Below are positions 26,108-33,212 of a stretch of 57,350 nucleotides of DNA, piece after piece. Source of the stretch: Candidatus Dormibacteria bacterium. GTDB lineage: Bacteria > Chloroflexota > Dormibacteria > Aeolococcales > Aeolococcaceae. A program made the translations under genes and the position numbers. Every line of letters starts with the position of its first letter. Within the stretch, counting starts at the first letter, position 1. The notes below the pieces were generated by a model that saw nothing but the letters and a program-made list of their open reading frames with translations, had not been told where the DNA came from and made no database searches. The stretch is from contig JBHEMT010000117.1 of NCBI GenBank assembly GCA_046262435.1, positions 1 through 57,350 on the forward strand. The letters are read 5' to 3'.

Positions 26108-27015
26108 TGAGCGTCGCCGCGCAGCTGCACCTTGCCCTGCACCGCGGTGCCGCCGCCGTGATCAGGGACTACGTCGCGTTGACCAAGCCGCGGGTGATCC
26201 TCCTGCTCGAGGTGACCACGCTGTTCGCCATGATCGTGGCCAGGCACGGCTGGCCGGGGACCGAGCTGGTGGTCGCCACCCTGGCCGGGGGATGGCTGGC
26301 GGCGTCCGGCGCCAACGCGATCAACCAGTGGTACGACCGCGATATCGATGCGGCGATGCTTCGCACGCGGGGTCGCCCGGTGCCCGGCGGCCGGATTGAG
26401 CCGCACAGTGCGCTGGTCTTCGGTGTGGCACTGGCCCTCGGCGCCTTCGTCGTGCTTTTCCTGTTCGCCAACCTGCTCGCCGCCGTCCTGGCCGAGATCG
26501 CGCTCCTCTTCTACGTTCTCGTCTACACGATGTGGTTGAAGCGCACCTCGGCACAGAACATCGTGATCGGCGGCGCCGCGGGAGCACTGCCCCCGGCGGT
26601 GGGCTGGGCGGCGGCCACCGGGGGGCTCGACCTCACCGCGCTCTACCTGGTCTCGATCATCTTCTTCTGGACGCCGCCCCACTTCTGGGCCCTCGCCCTG
26701 CTGATGCGTGACGACTACCAGCGCGCCGACGTGCCCATGCTTCCGGTGGTGGCGGGGGGTCATCGCACCCGCCAGCAGATCTGGCTGTTCACCGTGGTGC
26801 TCACCGTGGTCACCGCGCTGCCCTTTGTCGCCGGCCTTTTCGGGCTGGTCTACCTGGCCGGCGCCGCGGCGCTCGACGGAGCATTCCTGGCGGGCAGCTT
26901 CGCGCTCCTCCTCCGGCCTTCGGCCGCGGCGACCAGGCGTCTTTTTCACTACTCTCTGCTGTATCTGGCGGCGCTCTTCGCCGTGATGGCTGCCGACCGG
27001 ATGGTCGCCGGCTGA
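26107..27015 (+). CDS. ctaB: protohaem IX farnesyltransferase (haem O synthase)
   Basis: UbiA-family motif NQWYDRDIDAAMLRTRGRP. Polytopic. 1-nt overlap with the ctaA stop (TGATG). Confidence 0.9.
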   Translation: MSVAAQLHLALHRGAAAVIRDYVALTKPRVILLLEVTTLFAMIVARHGWPGTELVVATLAGGWLAASGANAINQWYDRDIDAAMLRTRGRPVPGGRIEPHSALVFGVALALGAFVVLFLFANLLAAVLAEIALLFYVLVYTMWLKRTSAQNIVIGGAAGALPPAVGWAAATGGLDLTALYLVSIIFFWTPPHFWALALLMRDDYQRADVPMLPVVAGGHRTRQQIWLFTVVLTVVTALPFVAGLFGLVYLAGAAALDGAFLAGSFALLLRPSAAATRRLFHYSLLYLAALFAVMAADRMVAG

Positions 27016-27030
27016 CCTGGAGGAACTCTG

Positions 27031-27147
27031 ATGGACCGCAAGCTGGCGCGTCGCAACATCCAGTTCGGGGTGGCGATGTTCGTGCTGCTCTTTGCGATGG
27101 TTGCGGGGACCTTCGCCTACGCCTACATCTACCTTGCCAATGTCTGA
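27031..27147 (+). CDS. possible 38-aa single-TM miniprotein (not in ORF track)
   Basis: MDRKLARRNIQFGVAMFVLLFAMVAGTFAYAYIYLANV. GGAGG lies 8 nt upstream. Its stop overlaps the next start (ATGTCTGA). Confidence 0.35.
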   Translation: MDRKLARRNIQFGVAMFVLLFAMVAGTFAYAYIYLANV

Positions 27148-27454
27148 GGCCTCCGACCGCAGCATCGCGGCCCGCCCCGGGCGGCGCACCGTCGAGGAGC
27201 CTCCCGGGGGCCTGGGTCATGACGGCCAGGGCGATGGCCACGGCGGCCACGGTTCCGGACCGGAGGAGATCCACCTTCCGCCCAACAGCTGGGTGCCGAT
27301 CTCGGTGGCCCTGGCGCTGACCGTCCTGTTCATCGGGTTTCTGCAGGAGCGGCCGTTCAACTACCTGGTCTGCCTCATCGGGGGCGCGTGGCTGGTGGCG
27401 TCGCTGGTCGGCTGGTACACCGGTGCGAGAAGCGAGTACCGCGAGCTCCACTGA
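27140..27454 (+). CDS. small 2-TM protein resembling the C-terminal half of actinobacterial oxidase subunit IV (CtaF-like)
   Basis: HLPPNSWVPISVALALTVLFIGF...GWYTGARSEYRELH resembles, from memory, the FSPHSWWPI...EYYxGPEKH region of mycobacterial CtaF. Gly/His-rich N-terminus. Confidence 0.5.
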   Translation: MSEASDRSIAARPGRRTVEEPPGGLGHDGQGDGHGGHGSGPEEIHLPPNSWVPISVALALTVLFIGFLQERPFNYLVCLIGGAWLVASLVGWYTGARSEYRELH

Positions 27455-27508
27455 CCCGCCTGCCTTTCCGCCGGCCCGCTGCGCCGCGCACGGCCCGAGG
27501 CTCGAGCC

Positions 27509-28357
27509 ATGACCGGTGACGCACGGCTGAGCTGGACCGACTGGGGCTTCGAGCCCACCGTCACCCTGGGCCTGCTGGTTATGGTCGGGGCATATGTCCT
27601 GGCATGGCGCCGTGGCTGGCTCTCCCGCGCCGACGACACCACGCCGTGGTCGCTGCCCAGCGGTGCCCGACCGTGGTTCCTCGGCCTCGGCATCGCGGTG
27701 GCCTACATTGCGCTGCAGTCACCGATCGACCGCGGTGGAGACGAGTACCTGCTCAGCCTGCACATGGTGCAGCACCTGCTGCTGATGATGGTGGCGCCGC
27801 CGCTGGCATTGCTCGGAATCTGCGGAGCGCGCTCTCTGAGCGCCGAGGTTGCCCCTGGGGTGCGCCGGTGGGCCACCCGGCTGACCCGCGTCTGGCCGGC
27901 CACGCTGCTCTTCAACGCGGTGTTGCTGGTCTGGCACTTCCCACTGTTCTACGACGCAACCCTCAGCACCAACCCCATCCACATCTTCGAGCACATCACC
28001 TTCGTCGCCGTGGGCGTGATCTTCTGGTGGCCCATCGTCGACCCCCTGCGCGGTCCGGCAACGCGAGCGGTGAGCCCGCTGGAGAAGATCGCCATGCTCG
28101 GTGTCGCCGGGGTGCCCCCCACCCTGCTCGGCTTCGTCATGGTGATGGCCGCGCACCCGCTCTACGGCTTCTACGGCAGGGCCGAGCGGCTCTGGGGGCT
28201 CACCGCGGTGGGTGACCAGCAGGTGGCCGGGATCATCATGTTCGGACTTGGCAACATCATCTACTTCGTGGCCATCTCGGTCATCTTCGTTCGGATGTTC
28301 GCCAGTCCCGAGGACGACGAGCGTGCGGCCGCCGCGGCGCCCGCAACCCACGCCTGA
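27509..28357 (+). CDS. ctaG: cytochrome c oxidase assembly factor, Bacillus-type CtaG (Caa3_CtaG family)
   Basis: Polytopic protein with HMVQHLLLMMVAPPLALLG, FEHITFVAVGVIFWWPIVDP and QQVAGIIMFGLGN. Confidence 0.75.
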   Translation: MTGDARLSWTDWGFEPTVTLGLLVMVGAYVLAWRRGWLSRADDTTPWSLPSGARPWFLGLGIAVAYIALQSPIDRGGDEYLLSLHMVQHLLLMMVAPPLALLGICGARSLSAEVAPGVRRWATRLTRVWPATLLFNAVLLVWHFPLFYDATLSTNPIHIFEHITFVAVGVIFWWPIVDPLRGPATRAVSPLEKIAMLGVAGVPPTLLGFVMVMAAHPLYGFYGRAERLWGLTAVGDQQVAGIIMFGLGNIIYFVAISVIFVRMFASPEDDERAAAAAPATHA

Positions 28358-28479
28358 GGCTGCCTCCCGGCCCCGTTCAGGCCCGCGTTGTATAGGGCAA
28401 ATACCCTACGATCGAGGGTGTCAAGGTTGAGCCTCCGACCGGACAGCTTGCCCCCAGCGGGCGCCGGGGGAGGCGGAGG

Positions 28480-28914
28480 ATGTCAATGAGAAAAGTGGCG
28501 ATGGCGCTCGCGGGAATCGGTCTTGTGGCGGGCCTCAGTGCATGCGGCGACAAGACCCCGACGGGAGCAGACGGCAACGGTGGCGCGGCTGCCGGCGGTG
28601 GCGGCGGCGGTGGCGGCGGCGGCGGCTCGATCGGCACCGGTGGTAAGAGCCTGGGCACGGCCAAGGTCACCCTCAAGGCGACCGACGCCGACATGTTCGA
28701 TCCCAAGACCACGAATGCGGCCGTCGGGGACGTGGTCGAGTGGGACAACAGCGGCTCACAGGCCCACAACATCACCTTCGCCGACGACCAGAACGTTGGT
28801 GACCAGTCCTTCAGCGGCGGCGACAAGTGGCAAATCAAGTTCACCAAGGCGGGTACCTACAAGTACCAGTGCACCATCCATCCCGGAATGGAAGGCGAGA
28901 TCGTCATCAAGTAG
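28480..28914 (+). CDS. lipoprotein cupredoxin (type-1 blue copper protein) on a poly-Gly tether
   Basis: Lipobox LSAC. Cu ligands: His in SQAHNITF, and C-T-I-H-P-G-M at the C-terminus (an amicyanin-like CxxHxxM loop). An 11-Gly run follows the lipobox. The start may be the second ATG at 28486. Confidence 0.85.
   Translation: MSMRKVAMALAGIGLVAGLSACGDKTPTGADGNGGAAAGGGGGGGGGGGSIGTGGKSLGTAKVTLKATDADMFDPKTTNAAVGDVVEWDNSGSQAHNITFADDQNVGDQSFSGGDKWQIKFTKAGTYKYQCTIHPGMEGEIVIK
28594..28626 (+). repeat. (GGY)11 simple-sequence tract encoding Gly11
   Basis: ggc ggt ggc ggc ggc ggt ggc ggc ggc ggc ggc, read directly, in frame within the cupredoxin gene. Confidence 0.9.
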
Positions 28915-29830
28915 GACGATCTGGCGCACGCCCCGGGGGGACCGCGACGGCCCCCCCGGGCTCGCTCGACTCGGTGGCCGTCCGCCTCAAGCGACCTGCG
29001 GGCGAGATGTCCGGGCCTGAGGTGGGGTCACTCGCCTCGGGCACCAGATGAACGTCGCCGGCGACGAGGCGCACCTGCCCCTCAGCCGTGTCGACCAGCA
29101 GGGCCCCGCCTGGGTCGATGTCGACGGCCACGCCCCGGACCGATCCCGGGGCTGTGCCCGCAGTCACCGGTGACCCGAGGCCCACGGCGTGAGCTCGCCA
29201 GGCATCGAGCAGCGCCGCGGACCCCTCGGCCTCGCAGCGGCGCAGCCAGAGGGCAAGCGCAGCGAGCCAGCTGCCCAGCAGCTCGTCCCACGTCGGAAGA
29301 GCGGGCGCGACCCGGTGCAGGCTGGCTCCGCAGCTCCCCGCGGGGAAGGCGTCGCTGCGCAGGTTGAGTCCCAGCCCGACGATGACGGCATCGCGTCCGC
29401 GTGCGGCGGGTTCGACCTCGGCGAGGAGCCCGGCGAGCTTGGCCCCGTCCACGAGGACGTCGTTCGGCCACTTCAGGCCCACGACGAGTCCGGCCACCTC
29501 GGCGAGGGCGTCAGCCACCGCAACGCCGGCAAGCAGCGGTACGACCGGCAGCACGACCCGGTCGGGGCGAAGCAACAGCGACACCAGCAGTGAGCTTCCT
29601 GCGGCGGCGGACCAGCGCCGTCCCTGGCGGCCACGTCCGGCTGTCTGCTCGCCGGCCACGCAGCAGTAGCCGGCCTCGGCACCGCCGCGGGCCCGCGACC
29701 GGACCCGGTCCTGCGTGCTGGGAGTGCGCGCCACGGCCTCCAGCTGGAACGCGGGGAAAGCCCCCCTTCCTGCGGCGAGGAGCCGGGCGCGACGCTCCGG
29801 GGTGAGCGCGGTCGGCTGCTGCATGGTCAT
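28907..29830 (-). CDS. birA: biotin--[acetyl-CoA-carboxylase] ligase (class I, no HTH) with a low-complexity C-terminal tail
   Basis: GRGRQGRRW motif and KWPNDVLVDGAKLAGLL. The last ~44 aa are P/G/S/A-rich, and the stop overlaps the convergent cupredoxin gene by 8 nt. Confidence 0.8.
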   Translation of the reverse strand: MTMQQPTALTPERRARLLAAGRGAFPAFQLEAVARTPSTQDRVRSRARGGAEAGYCCVAGEQTAGRGRQGRRWSAAAGSSLLVSLLLRPDRVVLPVVPLLAGVAVADALAEVAGLVVGLKWPNDVLVDGAKLAGLLAEVEPAARGRDAVIVGLGLNLRSDAFPAGSCGASLHRVAPALPTWDELLGSWLAALALWLRRCEAEGSAALLDAWRAHAVGLGSPVTAGTAPGSVRGVAVDIDPGGALLVDTAEGQVRLVAGDVHLVPEASDPTSGPDISPAGRLRRTATESSEPGGAVAVPPGRAPDRPT

Positions 29831-29839
29831 GGCGGAGGC

Positions 29840-29912
29840 GTACGCCCGGAGGGACTTGAACCCCCGCTCCCGGCTCCGGAGGCCGGTGCTCTATCCAACT
29901 GAGCTACGGGCG
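29840..29912 (-). tRNA. tRNA-Arg (anticodon CCG)
   Basis: The reverse complement GCGCCCGTAGCTCAGTTGGATAGAGCACCGGCCTCCGGAGCCGGGAGCGGGGGTTCAAGTCCCTCCGGGCGTA folds as a cloverleaf. It has a 7-bp acceptor stem (G1-U72), the D-arm GCTC/GAGC, the anticodon stem CCGGC/GCCGG with loop CT-CCG-GA, and a GGTTCAAGTCC T-arm. CCA is not encoded. Confidence 0.85.
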
Positions 29913-29924
29913 CGCAGTTCCGGC

Positions 29925-29930
29925 GAGTAT
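29925..29930 (-). promoter_or_regulatory. candidate -10 element (TATACT) for the tRNA-Arg gene
   Basis: The reverse complement of AGTATA, 12 nt upstream of the predicted tRNA 5' end. Confidence 0.3.
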
Positions 29931-30020
29931 ACGCCGCTCCCGGCGTCGCCCCTCTGCGCAGGGTCGCCGGCCGCGCGCCGTTGCGAGCACGTCACCGTGA
30001 ACCGGCAGGAGATCTCTCCA

Positions 30021-30776
30021 TCACCACCACTCGAAGGGTCGCCCCTCCCATGGGTCGAGCCGGGGGTAGACCGGGCGCCTGACCAGCGCTTCCAGTCGAC
30101 GCTCGAAGGCGATGACCTCGCTGCCGTGCAGCAGCCGCCGGAGGTGCCGGCGAAGTCCGGCGCGGCGGTGGGCGTCGCCTGCCAGCGCAGCCATCGCGCT
30201 GCTGACCGCATCGGGGAAAGGGGCCCCACCCAGCTCAAGCAGCACGGTGCGCTGGCGCGGCGAGGCGAGGAAGGACAGCGCGTTGTCGATGGCGAAGACA
30301 CCCGTGCCGGCGACGAGGAGGTGAGCGCTCTTGCGGTCGGCATTGTTGAGCACCACGTCGAGTGCCGCAATGCTGCGCAGGGCAGGGTCCAGGGCGCGCT
30401 GCTCATCGGTGTCGAGGCGTCGGTCGATCACGTCGATGAACTGCTGTACCGATCCGGGACCCAGTGGACCATCGCGCAGGGTGGTGGGGGGCACGTGGCC
30501 AAGCTCGAGTGCGGCGTCGGCGATGTAGGCTGCCGCCTCGCGCAGGTGCAGTGTGCCGGTGGGAAAGTCCCAGAGCGGACGCTCCCCGCGCATCGGCTTG
30601 TAGATCGCTCGCAGGGGCCGGGACGGGTCCACCGGGTCCCTTGCCGCCAGCTCGAGCAGGAAGACGGCATTGCTCGAGTACACCACCCGCCCGATTCCGG
30701 TGATCTCGGCCCCACGCAGCTGGCGAAGCGTCTCCGCATGCCGCGGGGCTCCGCCTTCGTCCGCAGCCACCGCCAT
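30021..30776 (-). CDS. PI3/PI4-kinase-like protein, SCO1664 family
   Basis: GRVVYSSNAVFLLEL...AIYKPMRGERPLWDFP...LHLREAAAY...VVLNNADRKSAHLL...FAIDNALSF, with kinase-like catalytic (NNADRK) and DFG-like (IDNA) regions. ATG at 30776; the start is uncertain. Confidence 0.65.
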   Translation of the reverse strand: MAVAADEGGAPRHAETLRQLRGAEITGIGRVVYSSNAVFLLELAARDPVDPSRPLRAIYKPMRGERPLWDFPTGTLHLREAAAYIADAALELGHVPPTTLRDGPLGPGSVQQFIDVIDRRLDTDEQRALDPALRSIAALDVVLNNADRKSAHLLVAGTGVFAIDNALSFLASPRQRTVLLELGGAPFPDAVSSAMAALAGDAHRRAGLRRHLRRLLHGSEVIAFERRLEALVRRPVYPRLDPWEGRPFEWW

Positions 30777-30925
30777 GGCCCCGTTGAAGCGACGTCGGGC
30801 GGCGCCCTCCGCCTGCTCGCGCCCCGCCTCCGCCTCCTCGAGGCGCAGGCGGCGGGCCCCCTCGAGCTCGCGCCGCCGCCGCTGGCGGGCGCTCCCGTCA
30901 GGCGGCTCCCCGGCCACCGCTGCGG

Positions 30926-31297
30926 TCAGCTCTCGTCGCTGCGACGGGTGATCAGCAGCACCACGCCGGTGGCGAGCAGCGCGGGAACGCCGAGCACAAG
31001 CCCGGCCACCTCGATTCCCCGCAGCGAGGCGTTGCCGAGAGCGACGATACCGATCAGCACCGCCACCACGATCACCGCAAGCCCCACCGCGAACGAGCGC
31101 CATTCACGCGGTTGCCGGCGGACCGGCTCCGCCTCGTCCGCCGAGCGCTCGGCGCGCATCAGGTCGCTGAGGCGGCGGGGGGGGCTGGGTTCGGGAAGGT
31201 CCGGCCTGCCCAGGTCCGCCCACCACGAGGGTGGCGTGGAGTCCGGGTGGCGGTCGGGTGTCCTGCCCTGGGTGGGACGCGGAAACTCGTCTGACAT
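30926..31297 (-). CDS. small membrane protein (2 TM) with a Pro-rich cytoplasmic N-terminus
   Basis: ATG at 31297 (MSDEFPRPTQ...). C-terminal helices FAVGLAVIVVAVLIGIVAL and VAGLVLGVPALLATGVVLLI. Confidence 0.45.
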   Translation of the reverse strand: MSDEFPRPTQGRTPDRHPDSTPPSWWADLGRPDLPEPSPPRRLSDLMRAERSADEAEPVRRQPREWRSFAVGLAVIVVAVLIGIVALGNASLRGIEVAGLVLGVPALLATGVVLLITRRSDES

Positions 31298-31414
31298 TGC
31301 TCGCTTGACGAATGGCGGCTGCAGTGGGCGCTCCGCCGGCGTCAGCGTTGGAGGGAGGGCGGCTCGACCGATGATACGCGCGGGTGCCGATCGCGGCGAC
31401 CGTAGAATCGCGGG

Positions 31415-32101
31415 ATGCCACGGCGGGGCCGAGTGGGCACAACGGGCGCCACCCCGGGGCCACCGCCGCTGGAGGCGCACGCCCGCGCTCACCGCGCCTG
31501 CACCCGCTGCTGCGCCGCCGGTTTGCTTCCCCGCGCCCACCCCGTCTTCTCGCTGGTGGCGGGCGCCAGGGTGCTGCTCGTCGGCCAGGCACCTGGCCCG
31601 GTCGAGGATGACGTCACCAGGCCCTTCGCCGGACGCGCGGGCCACCAGCTGATGCGCTGGTTCGAGCGTGCCGGGCTCGGTGACGAAGCCCGGGTCCGCC
31701 GGCGCATCGCCTTCACCTCCATGACCACCTGCTTCCCCGGGCGCAACCGGGCAGGCACCGGCGACCGGCGGCCAAGCGGTACCGAGGTCCGGCTCTGCTC
31801 GACCTGGCTGGACGGTGACCTCAGTCTCCTCAAACCCCCGCTGGTGCTCGCCGTGGGTGGCCTGGCGCACTCGCGCTTCATGCCGGGGCGCCGCCTCGAC
31901 GAGCTGGTCGGCCGGGTGTTCGATGGGGACGGCGGGGCGGTCGCCGAGCCCTGGCCGGGCGCGGGCCGGTTGGTGCTGCCGCTCCCGCATCCCTCGGGTC
32001 AGAGCCGCTGGCTCAACGACCCGACCCGGGTGAATCTCCTCAACAACGCCCTGGAGCGGCTCACCTCGTTGGTGGAGTGGGCGGAGGCGTGCCCGGAATG
32101 A
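31415..32101 (+). CDS. uracil-DNA glycosylase superfamily protein
   Basis: Motif A-like VLLVGQAPG and motif B-like LPLPHPSGQS. The length and order are typical of family 4/5-like UDGs. The exact family cannot be assigned by eye. Confidence 0.7.
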   Translation: MPRRGRVGTTGATPGPPPLEAHARAHRACTRCCAAGLLPRAHPVFSLVAGARVLLVGQAPGPVEDDVTRPFAGRAGHQLMRWFERAGLGDEARVRRRIAFTSMTTCFPGRNRAGTGDRRPSGTEVRLCSTWLDGDLSLLKPPLVLAVGGLAHSRFMPGRRLDELVGRVFDGDGGAVAEPWPGAGRLVLPLPHPSGQSRWLNDPTRVNLLNNALERLTSLVEWAEACPE

Positions 32102-32117
32102 ACGCCGGGCCGCTGCT

Positions 32118-32648
32118 ATGCTGTGCCGGCTCGACGACGGGTCAATGCCTCACGAGATAGGGTCCACCGTGTCCGAAACCAGGGAGCCGGAGGTCGCCAC
32201 CCCACAGACCGCGGTGGCTGCCAAGAACGCGGAGGACATCCTCGAGCGCATCTTCACGCCGCGGCCGAAGGCCACTCCTGCCGAGCAGGCCGAACGGGCT
32301 CTGCGCCGCCCCAAGGACCTGATCTACGTAGCTCTCGGGAACCGCCACTTCTTCTGGCGCGCGCACATCACCAAGTTCGTGCTTGACGAGGGGGCAGTAC
32401 CGATCTGCCCGCAGATGCTGTTCGACTACTACCTCCTGCACACGGTGCCCAAGGAGGTGGTGCGCGAGGCCTTCAACAACCTGATCGTGCGCTGCGACCA
32501 GATGTGGGTGTTCGGTCCCATGTCCCTCGGGGTGAAGGTGCAGATCGGAATCGCAAAACGGCTGCGCAAGCCGGTCCGGTACTACGACATCTCCGACCTG
32601 CCGTACCGGCTGGTGAGCGTGCCCGAGTCGCTCGCGCGCGAGGAGTAG
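32118..32648 (+). CDS. hypothetical protein, possibly with a nucleoside 2-deoxyribosyltransferase/DUF4406-like fold
   Basis: The pattern LIYVALGN...GAVPICPQ...IVRCDQMWVFGPMSLGVKVQIGIAKRLRKPV resembles the NDT-like Rossmannoid signature. The start is ambiguous (32118, 32145 or GTG at 32169). Confidence 0.5.
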   Translation: MLCRLDDGSMPHEIGSTVSETREPEVATPQTAVAAKNAEDILERIFTPRPKATPAEQAERALRRPKDLIYVALGNRHFFWRAHITKFVLDEGAVPICPQMLFDYYLLHTVPKEVVREAFNNLIVRCDQMWVFGPMSLGVKVQIGIAKRLRKPVRYYDISDLPYRLVSVPESLAREE

Positions 32649-32791
32649 CCGGGGCCGCCGGGACCTGCAGTGCCGGACGGTGAACCGGTCCAGGCGCACG
32701 CCGGGCGTTCACGCGCGCCGTCCCGGGTGTAGCCTCTGCGCGGCGCCCGTTCGCTCCTGCTCACGTCCCCCCACCACGAGGCCCGCCCGCA

Positions 32792-33139
32792 ATGCTCCAC
32801 GCCCGATTCGCGACCCCCGCACCCACCGACGCACAGGCCACCGTCGTGCAGCTCTCGGGACGTCGGTTCGGCATTCCCGATCCTGCGGCCGACGCTCCAG
32901 CCCTCGCCCTGCTGCCCGACGACCATCCCGTCCTGCTGCTCCTGGACGAGGTGGCGCGGCTGCGTGATCAACTCGAGGACCGCGAGCTCGAAACCGTCCG
33001 GCTTCGCGAGGACCTGACCCAGGCGTACGACAGGGAATGTGATCTGGTCCGAATCCTGCATCGCTACGTCGTGGCCGAGCAGGCCGCACAGGAGCGCCGG
33101 CGCTGGTGGGCTCCGGTCGGCCGAGGGGTCCGCTCCTAG
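32792..33139 (+). CDS. hypothetical protein with a coiled-coil segment
   Basis: GC-rich third positions and the heptad-like LDEVARLRDQLEDRELETVRLREDLTQAY. No recognisable family. Confidence 0.4.
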   Translation: MLHARFATPAPTDAQATVVQLSGRRFGIPDPAADAPALALLPDDHPVLLLLDEVARLRDQLEDRELETVRLREDLTQAYDRECDLVRILHRYVVAEQAAQERRRWWAPVGRGVRS

Positions 33140-33212
33140 GCGAGCTCCGGGCACCTCCCCGCACCTACGCACCTGACCGCCGGGGCGTCGCGCGGCGACG
33201 CCCTACGATGCG

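Noticed and set aside
28393-28408. AT-rich TAGGG-CAAATA-CCCTA element upstream of the cupredoxin gene, considered as a copper-responsive (CsoR/CopY-like) operator.
   Set aside because: The arms are only 5 bp, and their orientation and sequence do not match the operator consensus sequences I remember. That is insufficient support.
28594-28626. The GGC/GGT tract considered as a CRISPR-like or intergenic tandem repeat.
   Set aside because: It is in frame within a clear CDS and encodes a Gly linker. There is no spacer-repeat architecture.
29840-29912. tRNA-Arg as an integration hotspot marking a genomic island.
   Set aside because: There is no integrase, no phage or transposon genes, and I noticed no direct repeat of the tRNA 3' end elsewhere in the window. 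The flanking genes (birA, kinase-like, UDG) are ordinary and share the local composition.
30777-31103. Upstream 109-codon extension of the SCO1664-family ORF.
   Set aside because: It is R/A/G/E-rich and overlaps the 3' end of the better-supported membrane-protein gene (30926-31297). It is kept as an open question under findings rather than annotated.
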